From sequence record MZ443783.1: a stretch of 64,000 nucleotides of DNA. One strand, given 5' to 3'. The translations under genes and the position numbers were made by a program. Positions 27,866-36,114 of this stretch are shown piece by piece. How positions within the stretch are numbered: position 1 is the stretch's first letter; each line of letters starts with the position of its first letter. The notes under the pieces are model-generated. The model was given only the letters and a program-made list of their open reading frames with translations. It did no database searches and was not told where the DNA came from.

Positions 27866-28755
27866 TGCGTTTACTTAGTTATGGTGCCTGTGGCGGTGAA
27901 CCCTTTCGCCGTCTGATTGTAGAAGACAACGGCCTGCTTGAAATCGGTGTGCATCCAGAAATCAAAGCATTCGGTTGCGTCTTCACAAACGTTAACGTTG
28001 GTCGTCGCATTGATGGCACTGCTGAACTCGATCTGCCTGATGCGAAAGACTGGTCTATCGAAATGGCTGACTACTTCCTGTCGCCAGAGTACAAGCAGTG
28101 GGTAGGCGGTCATACACCACGTATCGAAACGATGCTGGATGCGCACGTCATCAAAGGCAAGCTGCCGACACTGGTGCAGGACTTCGATGCGTTCTATGCT
28201 GACCTGCAACAAAAGATCAACGCACTCAATCTGCCTGACATTGTGTTTGAACATAACAGGATTAAGCAGACGAACCTGAACCAACAGTTCGATGTGTGGA
28301 TGCTGTACAAGTACAACCTGATGCTTGACGGCAAGATCTCTGTTACTCGTTCGAATCTCGGCGAGCTGGTCTTCCAAGAAGACTTCATCTCGGCGAAAGG
28401 TACAACGTGGTGGCTGCGTGAGCACAACAAACAACTAATGGCACTGGCGGCAAAGCACGACATGCTGGCGGCATTCATTACGTTCGGTACGTCCCATCGC
28501 AATGAGCGTGAGTTCTTCTACTCGTTTATCACGCACGAAGGTGATACGTCACATCGACCTGTTGATCCGGCGGAGTTCATGCACCTGTCTGTTCATGGTC
28601 AGTTCCCAGAGCTGGTCATCACCGACGAAGGTGAAGGGTATCGTTTGTCTGTGAACTACGGGCAATACTTCCCCAAAGCGTATCTCGATCTCCAGGCGGC
28701 GACCAACATCACTATCGGCAGCAACTACGCGCTTAACCTCTTGCGCTTTATCTGA
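27865..28755 (+). CDS. hypothetical protein
   Basis: 296-aa ORF, TAATG coupling. Confidence 0.65.
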   Translation: MRLLSYGACGGEPFRRLIVEDNGLLEIGVHPEIKAFGCVFTNVNVGRRIDGTAELDLPDAKDWSIEMADYFLSPEYKQWVGGHTPRIETMLDAHVIKGKLPTLVQDFDAFYADLQQKINALNLPDIVFEHNRIKQTNLNQQFDVWMLYKYNLMLDGKISVTRSNLGELVFQEDFISAKGTTWWLREHNKQLMALAAKHDMLAAFITFGTSHRNEREFFYSFITHEGDTSHRPVDPAEFMHLSVHGQFPELVITDEGEGYRLSVNYGQYFPKAYLDLQAATNITIGSNYALNLLRFI

Positions 28756-28761
28756 CGGTGC

Positions 28762-28804
28762 CGAGTCTCCCTCAGTAATTTAACCTTCTACAAAGGGAGA
28801 CTCG
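28762..28804 (+). promoter_or_regulatory. RBS-sequestering hairpin with a TAATTT motif in the loop
   Basis: Perfect 11-bp inverted repeat CGAGTCTCCCT / AGGGAGACTCG, 21-nt loop; 3' arm contains the AGGGAG SD of the 28807 gene. Confidence 0.7.
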
Positions 28805-28806
28805 CC

Positions 28807-29142
28807 ATGCAATACGATAAGACGAAAGACTATCAGCCGTTCAAATACCTGGGTGCGCCTAAGCTGCCTAACGTGGGCTTCATCGCCAGCACTGTAACAC
28901 TCGTCGAAAATGACGTGAACATCGGTGAAGACGAATGCGAGTTTGTATTTACGGTAGAGCAGATGAACTCGCTAGACCGAGGAACGATGACCTTCCGCGC
29001 GAAAGATGCAGGTGGAGGCATCAGTATTAAGAAATGCTCAGTCTCTGGATTGAAAATGGTAATTAAGCTGGAACGACGCGTAGTGCAGTTCGGCAAAGTT
29101 CAAGTCGAGTGGGCTACGACCAGCCGTAAATATCTTTATTAA
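28807..29142 (+). CDS. hypothetical beta-rich protein, possibly late
   Basis: 111-aa ORF behind the hairpin. Confidence 0.65.
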   Translation: MQYDKTKDYQPFKYLGAPKLPNVGFIASTVTLVENDVNIGEDECEFVFTVEQMNSLDRGTMTFRAKDAGGGISIKKCSVSGLKMVIKLERRVVQFGKVQVEWATTSRKYLY

Positions 29143-29183
29143 TCTGTAAAGACAGAGAAAGAGCAACCACAAGAGAAACGATA

Positions 29184-29882
29184 ATGGCAAAAATTGCTAA
29201 AACAAAGGAAGGGAAAAAGAAAAGCGCGATGAAGTTTGACTTGAAAACGCTCAAGACTTCACAACTGAAAGGCGCTGACTACAACCCTCGTTTCATTACA
29301 GACAGCCGCCTGAAAGCACTCGAAAGTTCTTTGGGTAGCTTCGGCGATCTGTCTGGCATCGTCTTCAACAACAGTGTCAAAAGCGGCGTATTGATCTCTG
29401 GTCACCAGCGTCTGAAATCCATCGACGGATGGAAGACTCGCATTGAGATTCAGAAAGCCGCCGACCAACACGGTACTGTAGCTCTGGGTTATATCCACGC
29501 TACGCACCCGAAGAAAGCCGAGAAGGTCATCAGCATCCCGTTGCGTATCGTTAACTGGACTGATAAGAAAGCTGAGTACGCTGCGAACATCGCGGCGAAC
29601 GCCCACGGTGGTGAGTTCGATAACAAGAAACTCGCCAAGCTGGTGGAGAAGCTGGACTTGACCACCATCAAGCCTCAGTTGCTGGGTCTTGACCCACTTG
29701 AGATTCGCGGCCTTCAACAAAAGCTGAAAGGTCAGGCTGCGGTTGTAGCTCAAGAGCGTGTCGGTAAAACTACAGGCCAGATGAACGGTAGTAGCGGTGC
29801 GTTCAAAGAGTATGGTACGGACGAAGTAGGTGAGAGTCTGAACTGCACCTGCCCGCGCTGTGGATTTAAGTTCGAGGGATAA
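29184..29882 (+). CDS. ParB/Srx-N domain protein with a C-terminal Zn ribbon
   Basis: LKGADYNPR, GIVFN, LISGHQRL, ANIAAN..GEFD, CTCPRCGFKF. Confidence 0.8.
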   Translation: MAKIAKTKEGKKKSAMKFDLKTLKTSQLKGADYNPRFITDSRLKALESSLGSFGDLSGIVFNNSVKSGVLISGHQRLKSIDGWKTRIEIQKAADQHGTVALGYIHATHPKKAEKVISIPLRIVNWTDKKAEYAANIAANAHGGEFDNKKLAKLVEKLDLTTIKPQLLGLDPLEIRGLQQKLKGQAAVVAQERVGKTTGQMNGSSGAFKEYGTDEVGESLNCTCPRCGFKFEG

Positions 29883-29883
29883 T

Positions 29884-32013
29884 ATGATCATCAAGCCGCC
29901 TACTATGAAGGAAATCAACAAGCTGGATAAACCCTGGCGTGGTATGAGTTTCTTCGCAGGTTGCGGTGGATCTTCTACCGGTCACAAGATGGCCGGTATC
30001 AACATCCTGTTGAGTAACGAGTTCGTGGATAGTGCCCGCGAGTCTTACGAAGCAAACCATCCGACTACTAAAGTGCTGCCGCATGATATTCGTCGTCTGG
30101 ACCCAAGCAAGCTCATGCGTTATTGCGGCTTGGCGAAAGGCGAACTGGATTTACTTGACGGCAGTCCTCCGTGCTTCACCGAAGACACCATCATTCATAC
30201 AGCAGACGGCATGAAGTTCATCTCGGACATGAATGTCGGCGATCAAGCAATGACCTCTGTTGGTCGTTACTTCCCTGTGTACGATACTATGGTTCGTCCG
30301 TACGTCGGCACGATGCACAAAATCGAAACTCTGCTGGGCGCAAACAACGCTACACCAGAGCATCCGTTCTTTGTCAGACGCAGCATTCCTACTGGCGGTT
30401 ACACTGACCCGTTCTGGTGTGATGCGAAAGACGTTCAGGAAGGTGATCTGTTAGGTAGCCCACGCACTACGCCTGACATGGGACTCGACGTGTATCAGTC
30501 GCAACTCGATCAGCTGCCGAAGCAGATTGCAGAGTGGAGCACATTCCCTGAGTTCTGGTGGATGGTTGGACACTGGTGTGATCGCGGTTCGATTGAAACC
30601 GTGAGTGGTGTTGAAGTCGTTAGCTTTGAATCTCACTCAAGCCTCGAAAATGCAATGATTGAGCAGGCGTTTGACGCGCTGAAAATCAGCAGCCTGAACC
30701 GTATCGACACGATGACAGCACAACGCAAAACGTTCCGTATCGTTATGGACGCAGAGCTGGTGCAGTTCTTACGTCGATTCGTATCTCAGGGTAACAACAA
30801 GTTCTCTCGTCGTCTGCCTGCGATTGTCTTCCACCTGACAGTCGAGTTGAAGCAACAATTCATTCTCGGTTGTGCTGGTCATGACTATGTGACTGGTATG
30901 GGTACCGGCTTGGCGATCACCTCAGATAGCCGTCGCTTCCTGATTGAGTTGAACTACCTGTGCTGTTCTGCATTCAACAGACCGCTGTTCGATGGTCTGA
31001 CTTGGGGCGACGTTTACTTCGGCAGCCCGATGACTCCGCGTGATCGTAACAGTGCTAAGCCTCTCATTGGCTTCCTGTTCCTGCAGGACGAGCACAACTT
31101 CTTCCACGAGTTCGATGACGCTGACCCGCATTTGTGGGTAGAAGTGATTGAGAACCTCGCGTATCAGGCAACCTGTGACGTGTATAACTTCTCCGTTGAG
31201 ACGGACGAGACATACGTTGCAAACAGCATGGTCGTTCACAACTGCAAAGGCTTCTCTACTGCTGGTGTGAAGGAAGAAGGCTGGGGCAAGGAAGTTAAAT
31301 ACAGCGACAACAAGTATCAGCAGGTAGATGACCTGTTCGATCAGTATTGTCGTATGCTGGAAGGCATGAAGCCGAAGGTGTTCACTGCGGAAAACGTGAG
31401 CGGCCTTGTGAAAGGTGCATCGAAAGGTTACTTCCTTGAAATCATGAAGGAGTTCGATCGAATCGGTTATTACGTCCGTGCGCCTATGCTCAATGCTGCG
31501 TGGCTCGGTGTGCCGCAATCGCGTGAGCGTATAATCTTCATGGGTGTACGCAAAGATGTTGCACACGCACTTGGTTACAAGACCGCTGCGACCGCTGTGC
31601 CGAATGTTATTCCGTGTGACAGCATGGCGTTCCTTGCCGATGCTCTGCCGCACATCCTGCGCTACAAGTCCACGAAGAAAGATATCATCACCTATCTTCC
31701 TGCGATGAACGGACCGATGCCTACGATTACTGCTGCCGATGCGATTGCATATGAGACTGCACGTTTCTCGTCTGCGGGATTCGTCGAAGACAACAAAGGC
31801 CATCGCCGTAAGCTGACTATCGACGAACTCAAAGTGATATCGGGTTTGCCCTCAGACTACAAACTGAAAGGCAAATTCGAAGAACAGTGGGAACGTCTTG
31901 GTCGTATCTGTGTGCCAGCAATGACACACGCCGCCGCTAAAGCGCTCATCGAACACGTCCTGATTCCTTACGCGAAGAAACGTAAGAAGAAGCCAGGCGA
32001 TATCTTTAAGTAA
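29884..32013 (+). CDS. C5-cytosine DNA methyltransferase homologue, intein-containing; candidate carboxymethyltransferase
   Basis: Motif I FFAGCGG, motif IV GSPP/CKGFS after splicing, VI AENVSGL, VIII PQSRERIIF, IX LTIDELKVISGLP, X ERLGRICVP. Confidence 0.88.
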   Translation: MIIKPPTMKEINKLDKPWRGMSFFAGCGGSSTGHKMAGINILLSNEFVDSARESYEANHPTTKVLPHDIRRLDPSKLMRYCGLAKGELDLLDGSPPCFTEDTIIHTADGMKFISDMNVGDQAMTSVGRYFPVYDTMVRPYVGTMHKIETLLGANNATPEHPFFVRRSIPTGGYTDPFWCDAKDVQEGDLLGSPRTTPDMGLDVYQSQLDQLPKQIAEWSTFPEFWWMVGHWCDRGSIETVSGVEVVSFESHSSLENAMIEQAFDALKISSLNRIDTMTAQRKTFRIVMDAELVQFLRRFVSQGNNKFSRRLPAIVFHLTVELKQQFILGCAGHDYVTGMGTGLAITSDSRRFLIELNYLCCSAFNRPLFDGLTWGDVYFGSPMTPRDRNSAKPLIGFLFLQDEHNFFHEFDDADPHLWVEVIENLAYQATCDVYNFSVETDETYVANSMVVHNCKGFSTAGVKEEGWGKEVKYSDNKYQQVDDLFDQYCRMLEGMKPKVFTAENVSGLVKGASKGYFLEIMKEFDRIGYYVRAPMLNAAWLGVPQSRERIIFMGVRKDVAHALGYKTAATAVPNVIPCDSMAFLADALPHILRYKSTKKDIITYLPAMNGPMPTITAADAIAYETARFSSAGFVEDNKGHRRKLTIDELKVISGLPSDYKLKGKFEEQWERLGRICVPAMTHAAAKALIEHVLIPYAKKRKKKPGDIFK
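30172..31242 (+). mobile_element. intein (357 aa) with degenerate LAGLIDADG blocks
   Basis: Starts CFTEDT, ATPEHPFFV, VYNFSVE..TYVAN, ends VVHN, +1 Cys; HEN remnants WMVGHWCDRGS and FILGCAGHD. Confidence 0.92.
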
Positions 32014-32021
32014 GGGCATAT

Positions 32022-32120
32022 ATGTTCTGGCTTGGACTTGGCCTTGGTGTCGTATTGGGTCTGATTATCGCAGCCCTGATTCTGATTTACTACTTCAAAG
32101 ACTTCGCTGTCTTTCGTTAA
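32022..32120 (+). CDS. 32-aa single-TM peptide (not in the ORF track)
   Basis: MFWLGLGLGVVLGLIIAALILIYYFKDFAVFR*, AAGGG RBS. Confidence 0.55.
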   Translation: MFWLGLGLGVVLGLIIAALILIYYFKDFAVFR

Positions 32121-32152
32121 TCAATAGGACAAGGAAGTCCAGGAGGATTGAA

Positions 32153-32719
32153 ATGTCATACACTATCAAGCGTGACCTGATGATCGCGTTCGTACAAAAC
32201 GATCAACTGCAATGCGCTTCAATTAAAGTGAAAGCAAGCGGCAACGAAGACGTGTTTATCTATAACGCGTTAGGTGGATTGCAGGCATTGCTCAACACGA
32301 AGATCTTCACGCAGAAGCCTACGGACATTGACCTGCTGCCGACACTTGAGTATCGTCAAGCTGCGCACTGCCTGTACTCTGACACGGGCATTCTGAAACG
32401 TCTGGAGAACATCTTCTCCAAAGACGGCGTGACAATCAAACTGGTCGATAAGCAAAAAGACAGTGTGCTGTCCGTTGCCTCCCTGTTCTGGATTGATCGC
32501 AAAGACATGGTTGCCTGTCAGGTGCTTGAGACAGACCTGGAAAAGCATGACAAGAAAACGTTAATCGTCACCGAAGACCTCGATGTTGGTTACGTTAACT
32601 CGCCTGTTGTGATTCCGTACGATGCGGACGCCCAGTGTGTTCACGATACCTATCTGTGTGAGCGCGTGTATACTCTGCACGGCTGGAACGAAACCGTCAC
32701 CTGCGCTGTAGGTAAATAA
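32153..32719 (+). CDS. hypothetical protein
   Basis: GGAGG RBS. Confidence 0.7.
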   Translation: MSYTIKRDLMIAFVQNDQLQCASIKVKASGNEDVFIYNALGGLQALLNTKIFTQKPTDIDLLPTLEYRQAAHCLYSDTGILKRLENIFSKDGVTIKLVDKQKDSVLSVASLFWIDRKDMVACQVLETDLEKHDKKTLIVTEDLDVGYVNSPVVIPYDADAQCVHDTYLCERVYTLHGWNETVTCAVGK

Positions 32720-32720
32720 C

Positions 32721-32888
32721 ATGGCACGCTACCCGATAATCTTCTTCGCTACATGGATTCTGGTAGCGTACTCGTTATCGACAGTGGACGTTTCTGTGGA
32801 GTGGTGTGAAAAGATAGGCATGGTATGTGCTGCGTTCTTCACCCACTTTGAAATGAAATGGCAGCGCTTTATCAAGGAGCAACAATGA
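32721..32888 (+). CDS. 55-aa hydrophobic peptide (not in the ORF track)
   Basis: MARYPIIFFATWILVAYSL..; fills the gap and overlaps the next ATG. Confidence 0.45.
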   Translation: MARYPIIFFATWILVAYSLSTVDVSVEWCEKIGMVCAAFFTHFEMKWQRFIKEQQ

Positions 32889-33295
32889 GTAAGCGCCAAG
32901 AAGCAATTGCTATACTGAAAGAGTTCTTCTTTGACTTCCAACGAGGTTTCGTTCGCTTCGACTACAAAGAAGGTCTGTCTTCGTTTCAATTTCACGTTGA
33001 TGAAATCCGTGAAGTCCAGATTCACACAGGCGAAGGTATCAATAAAGCCAATGGCGATATCATCCTGGTGTCTCGCGTAAACATTGATCTCATTGGTGGT
33101 GGCTCTGCGCATTCGTGCCCATTGCACCCTGAGAGAGGCCTGGAAAATTTAAAGCGTCTTGCATCGGCCTTGCTTCTGCTGCGAGACTCTGCCTGTGGTC
33201 TCCCATACGCTAACTATGCGGTGAAGGCTGTAGAGACAAAGTTCTATCTCAATCCGCCTACAGTAAACTGGCCGGTTGAATCTCCCGCCGAGTAA
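32885..33295 (+). CDS. hypothetical protein
   Basis: AAGGAG RBS before ATG 32885. Confidence 0.6.
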   Translation: MSKRQEAIAILKEFFFDFQRGFVRFDYKEGLSSFQFHVDEIREVQIHTGEGINKANGDIILVSRVNIDLIGGGSAHSCPLHPERGLENLKRLASALLLLRDSACGLPYANYAVKAVETKFYLNPPTVNWPVESPAE

Positions 33296-33353
33296 TCGGC
33301 ATTCGGTGTGCAGCACAAACGTGATTGCACCCTCTACCTAAAAGGTATGTACT

Positions 33354-34091
33354 ATGACTAAGCAACACACTTCCTATAGCTCCGCATTTGCAATCGGTGA
33401 AATGGCTCTGCTGTCTCTCGATAACTTTGGCCGAAACAAAGTACCTTACGGTGTAGTCGAAGGCTGCATGGCTTACGGTGAACAGCGTCTGTATCGCGTA
33501 TCGTTGTTTGTGAACGATGGTCCCGAGTCGAACCCGTCTGCATTCCTTCATCAAGGTCGTCCTGTCGATGGCTTCATTGCATCGGATCTGAAAGCGGTCA
33601 AAGAGCAGTACGTTGATCATATTGGTCACGTTGGTCGCTTCGAACAGCCTCACCACAAACTCGGTGATTCGCTGTTTACGTCAGGCCAGCTAGTGGAAGT
33701 TGATATCGACCTCGAACTGCCTGGCGAGTACGACAAGTTCAACATTCCTGTGCAGATCACTGGCGTCACCTATGTTGAAGGTAAAGTGCTGTATGAGGTG
33801 AGCATTCAACGTGCCTACTACAATGACGGTCGTGTTAACGGTGGTCGTCTGGTGCGTGATACGTTGAGCAACATCGACAGCATCTACATCAAGCCCATTG
33901 CTGGGTGGCCTAAGACCTGCCTCGAACAAGAAGGTGATGCAACGTTAATCATCAAAGGTGACGGCACGGTGACTATTGATGGCGCGGCCGATGTGGTAAT
34001 CACTGCGAACAGCATCTCACTCGAACCTGTAGTATCAGGCAGAACGTCTGGTCTTGTAGAGAACCAGAGCAACGTCCCGCGTTCTAAGTAA
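33354..34091 (+). CDS. hypothetical protein with repeated small beta domains and a spike-like beta-repeat tail
   Basis: C-terminal TLIIKGDGTVTIDGAADVVITANSISL. Confidence 0.65.
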   Translation: MTKQHTSYSSAFAIGEMALLSLDNFGRNKVPYGVVEGCMAYGEQRLYRVSLFVNDGPESNPSAFLHQGRPVDGFIASDLKAVKEQYVDHIGHVGRFEQPHHKLGDSLFTSGQLVEVDIDLELPGEYDKFNIPVQITGVTYVEGKVLYEVSIQRAYYNDGRVNGGRLVRDTLSNIDSIYIKPIAGWPKTCLEQEGDATLIIKGDGTVTIDGAADVVITANSISLEPVVSGRTSGLVENQSNVPRSK

Positions 34092-34097
34092 GACCTT

Positions 34098-34123
34098 ATG
34101 GGTGGCTTCGGTCACCCATTTTT
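34098..34123 (+). terminator. intrinsic terminator
   Basis: ATGGGTGGC-TTCG-GTCACCCAT followed by TTTT. Confidence 0.85.
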
Positions 34124-34134
34124 GTATCTGGAAT

Positions 34135-34149
34135 CTGTAAATATCTGAT
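34135..34149 (+). promoter_or_regulatory. putative promoter motif CTGTAAATATCTGAT
   Basis: Lies between a terminator and a GGAGGTG RBS. Confidence 0.5.
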
Positions 34150-34160
34150 AGGAGGTGAAT

Positions 34161-34496
34161 ATGAACCAGCAAGTGGAAGAACTCAAGCAGTACATGATAA
34201 AGCGTGTCAATGAGAACGCGAGTCCAGACCTGAACGTAAGCGAAAACTCTATTCGGAGTCATGCCCGTGATGTGGTCGAAGGCATAATGAGGTCACTGGC
34301 CAAGCACGATTCTGGTATACGTGTTGTGTGCGACGAGTCAAACAACCCGCAGTACAACATCGACAACAACATACTGACTGTGGATATGGTTATCAGCAAA
34401 CCTAGTCTGATCAAAATAATCTTTGAAGGAAATGACAATGCTAAAACGTCTGTTGGCTTTATTCAGCAAGAAGCAATCGTCCCAAAAGACGTTTGA
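34161..34496 (+). CDS. stand-alone tail-sheath C-terminal-like domain
   Basis: IRVVCDESNNPQYNIDNNILTVDMVI vs T4 gp18-type FRVVCDxxNNTPxVIDRNEF. Confidence 0.55.
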   Translation: MNQQVEELKQYMIKRVNENASPDLNVSENSIRSHARDVVEGIMRSLAKHDSGIRVVCDESNNPQYNIDNNILTVDMVISKPSLIKIIFEGNDNAKTSVGFIQQEAIVPKDV

Positions 34497-34899
34497 AGAA
34501 AAGCTGGAAAAACTTAGTGAGCCAGTTCGTCCACGTGACCCAGGCTTCGCTAAAGATGAACCTCTGCGTATGCACCGTGCCCTCCATCCTGGTCACCAGC
34601 CGCGTGAGTTTCGCGGTAAAGTATTACCTCCGGCGAAGCGTCATTCTCGTCAACAGTTTGAAGGTCGTGGTATGTCGCGTTCTACCGCAGTAGAAAATCG
34701 TATGCGTAACGAGGATGCGTTTATGCAAAGTCTTATGGCGCAGTCTATGATTAACAACTCAACGCCATCTCGTCTGCATGATGTTGATACGTGCCACACT
34801 CCGCATCATACTCCATATCATACGCCGAGCGGTGGGTACGACACAACTCCGTCTGATGGCGGCGGCTCCTACGACGGTGGCGGAGGTTCCTGTGATTAA
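34432..34899 (+). CDS. hypothetical protein with a Gly/Ser/His-rich C-terminus
   Basis: HTPHHTPYHTPSGGYDTTPSDGGGSYDGGGG. Confidence 0.6.
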   Translation: MTMLKRLLALFSKKQSSQKTFEEKLEKLSEPVRPRDPGFAKDEPLRMHRALHPGHQPREFRGKVLPPAKRHSRQQFEGRGMSRSTAVENRMRNEDAFMQSLMAQSMINNSTPSRLHDVDTCHTPHHTPYHTPSGGYDTTPSDGGGSYDGGGGSCD

Positions 34900-34924
34900 A
34901 CGTTTAATGAACTGGATAGGCCTG

Positions 34925-35230
34925 ATGCTTATCTCAGACAAGAACAAGCGCAAGCTCCGCCAGCATGAAGCGATGTTGCGCGCCTGTACCGACGTGTATG
35001 ATTGGTGTGGTGCAGACTTCCCGCAAGCAGCCGAAGCTGTCGAGTATGTGCGTACTCGCGCACTTGGCTATGAAGGCCGCTTGAACTACAACAACAATAT
35101 CATGAGTCCCTACGATTGCCATTCAGGGATTAGTGATTGGCGAGAAGCGATGCGCCGTAAGTACAAGAACCTGCCTGAGCTTGACTTCGACGGCAAGGAC
35201 TTCAAAGTTAAGAGCGTCATTGTTGATTAA
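34925..35230 (+). CDS. hypothetical protein
   Basis: ATAGG RBS. Confidence 0.55.
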   Translation: MLISDKNKRKLRQHEAMLRACTDVYDWCGADFPQAAEAVEYVRTRALGYEGRLNYNNNIMSPYDCHSGISDWREAMRRKYKNLPELDFDGKDFKVKSVIVD

Positions 35231-35239
35231 GGAAACAGT

Positions 35240-35425
35240 ATGAGCAAAGAGGGTGATCGCGAGAAACTCCAGGAGTTCCGCGACGAGTTAGAACAGGATT
35301 GCGATCAGCAAGAGGAAGAAGACTTCGACTTCTCTGATAACGATCCCCTGCTGGACGCTTGCTGCACGGCACCGCATTGGGATGAAGACGGAGTGTGTAC
35401 GCACTGCGGTTCCGACCCACGTTAA
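35240..35425 (+). CDS. small acidic Cys-containing protein
   Basis: ACC..CTHC; AAGGA RBS. Confidence 0.55.
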   Translation: MSKEGDREKLQEFRDELEQDCDQQEEEDFDFSDNDPLLDACCTAPHWDEDGVCTHCGSDPR

Positions 35426-35452
35426 TCCACAAACCATATACCGAGAATAAGC

Positions 35453-35920
35453 ATGGAAAAGAATACCGACGAGAAGATTGTTGTGCTAGACAAGGATGTG
35501 TTTGGCCGTCTGTTAAGTTACGCAGAGGCTGGGGAACGTGATTGCGGTGAGAACTTCTTCGGCCAGTCTATCAAGGATATTAAAAAGCATGTAGCTCGCT
35601 TCAATATCCACCAGCGCACGGCTATGGCATCTGACCTGCGTGACGCGAAGCTCTACAAAGCAGAGCGTCGTCGATTCGTGAAGAAGGCCGCGCGTTTAAG
35701 TTCGCAGCGTGATACTGTGCGCTACATGGTTGACCATCAGCACAAGGTCATCTTCCCCGTGAAGATCATCGGCAAGTCAGCCATAGGACCACATCGTTTG
35801 AAGTACGAAAGCCTGTGTGATGGTTGGACGAGCGATGCAGTGGTAGACTACATCTTCGAGACACGCGAAGAACTGCCTGCGGATTACCGTGTTGTTGAAG
35901 TAGGAGAACGCATCGAATGA
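35453..35920 (+). CDS. hypothetical protein
   Basis: 155-aa ORF. Confidence 0.6.
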   Translation: MEKNTDEKIVVLDKDVFGRLLSYAEAGERDCGENFFGQSIKDIKKHVARFNIHQRTAMASDLRDAKLYKAERRRFVKKAARLSSQRDTVRYMVDHQHKVIFPVKIIGKSAIGPHRLKYESLCDGWTSDAVVDYIFETREELPADYRVVEVGERIE

Positions 35921-36114
35921 AACCGCACGAGATTATATTCGTCACCAGCACATTCGCCTGCATTCTGACGTGGTGTTTGTACCAGAACGATCTGTGGTGT
36001 GAGCGCAACATCATGTCCCACCAGCGTTCTAACAAAATACGTTGGTCATTCATTATCAGCGCCTCTGTCTTCTTTGTCAGTCTTTGCTATAACGCCTATC
36101 TGGAGTGGTATTGA
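35917..36114 (+). CDS. small two-TM membrane protein
   Basis: ATGA overlap; hydrophobic segments. Confidence 0.55.
   Translation: MKPHEIIFVTSTFACILTWCLYQNDLWCERNIMSHQRSNKIRWSFIISASVFFVSLCYNAYLEWY

Noticed and set aside
30172-31242. Active homing endonucleases in the two inteins
   Set aside because: The LAGLIDADG catalytic acidic residues are not recognisable in the MTase intein, and the TerL intein is too short to hold a full endonuclease.
30922-31803. 293-aa - strand ORF, and similar long antisense ORFs at 12384, 14082, 21797 and 26331
   Set aside because: They fully overlap well-supported + strand genes and have no recognisable motifs.
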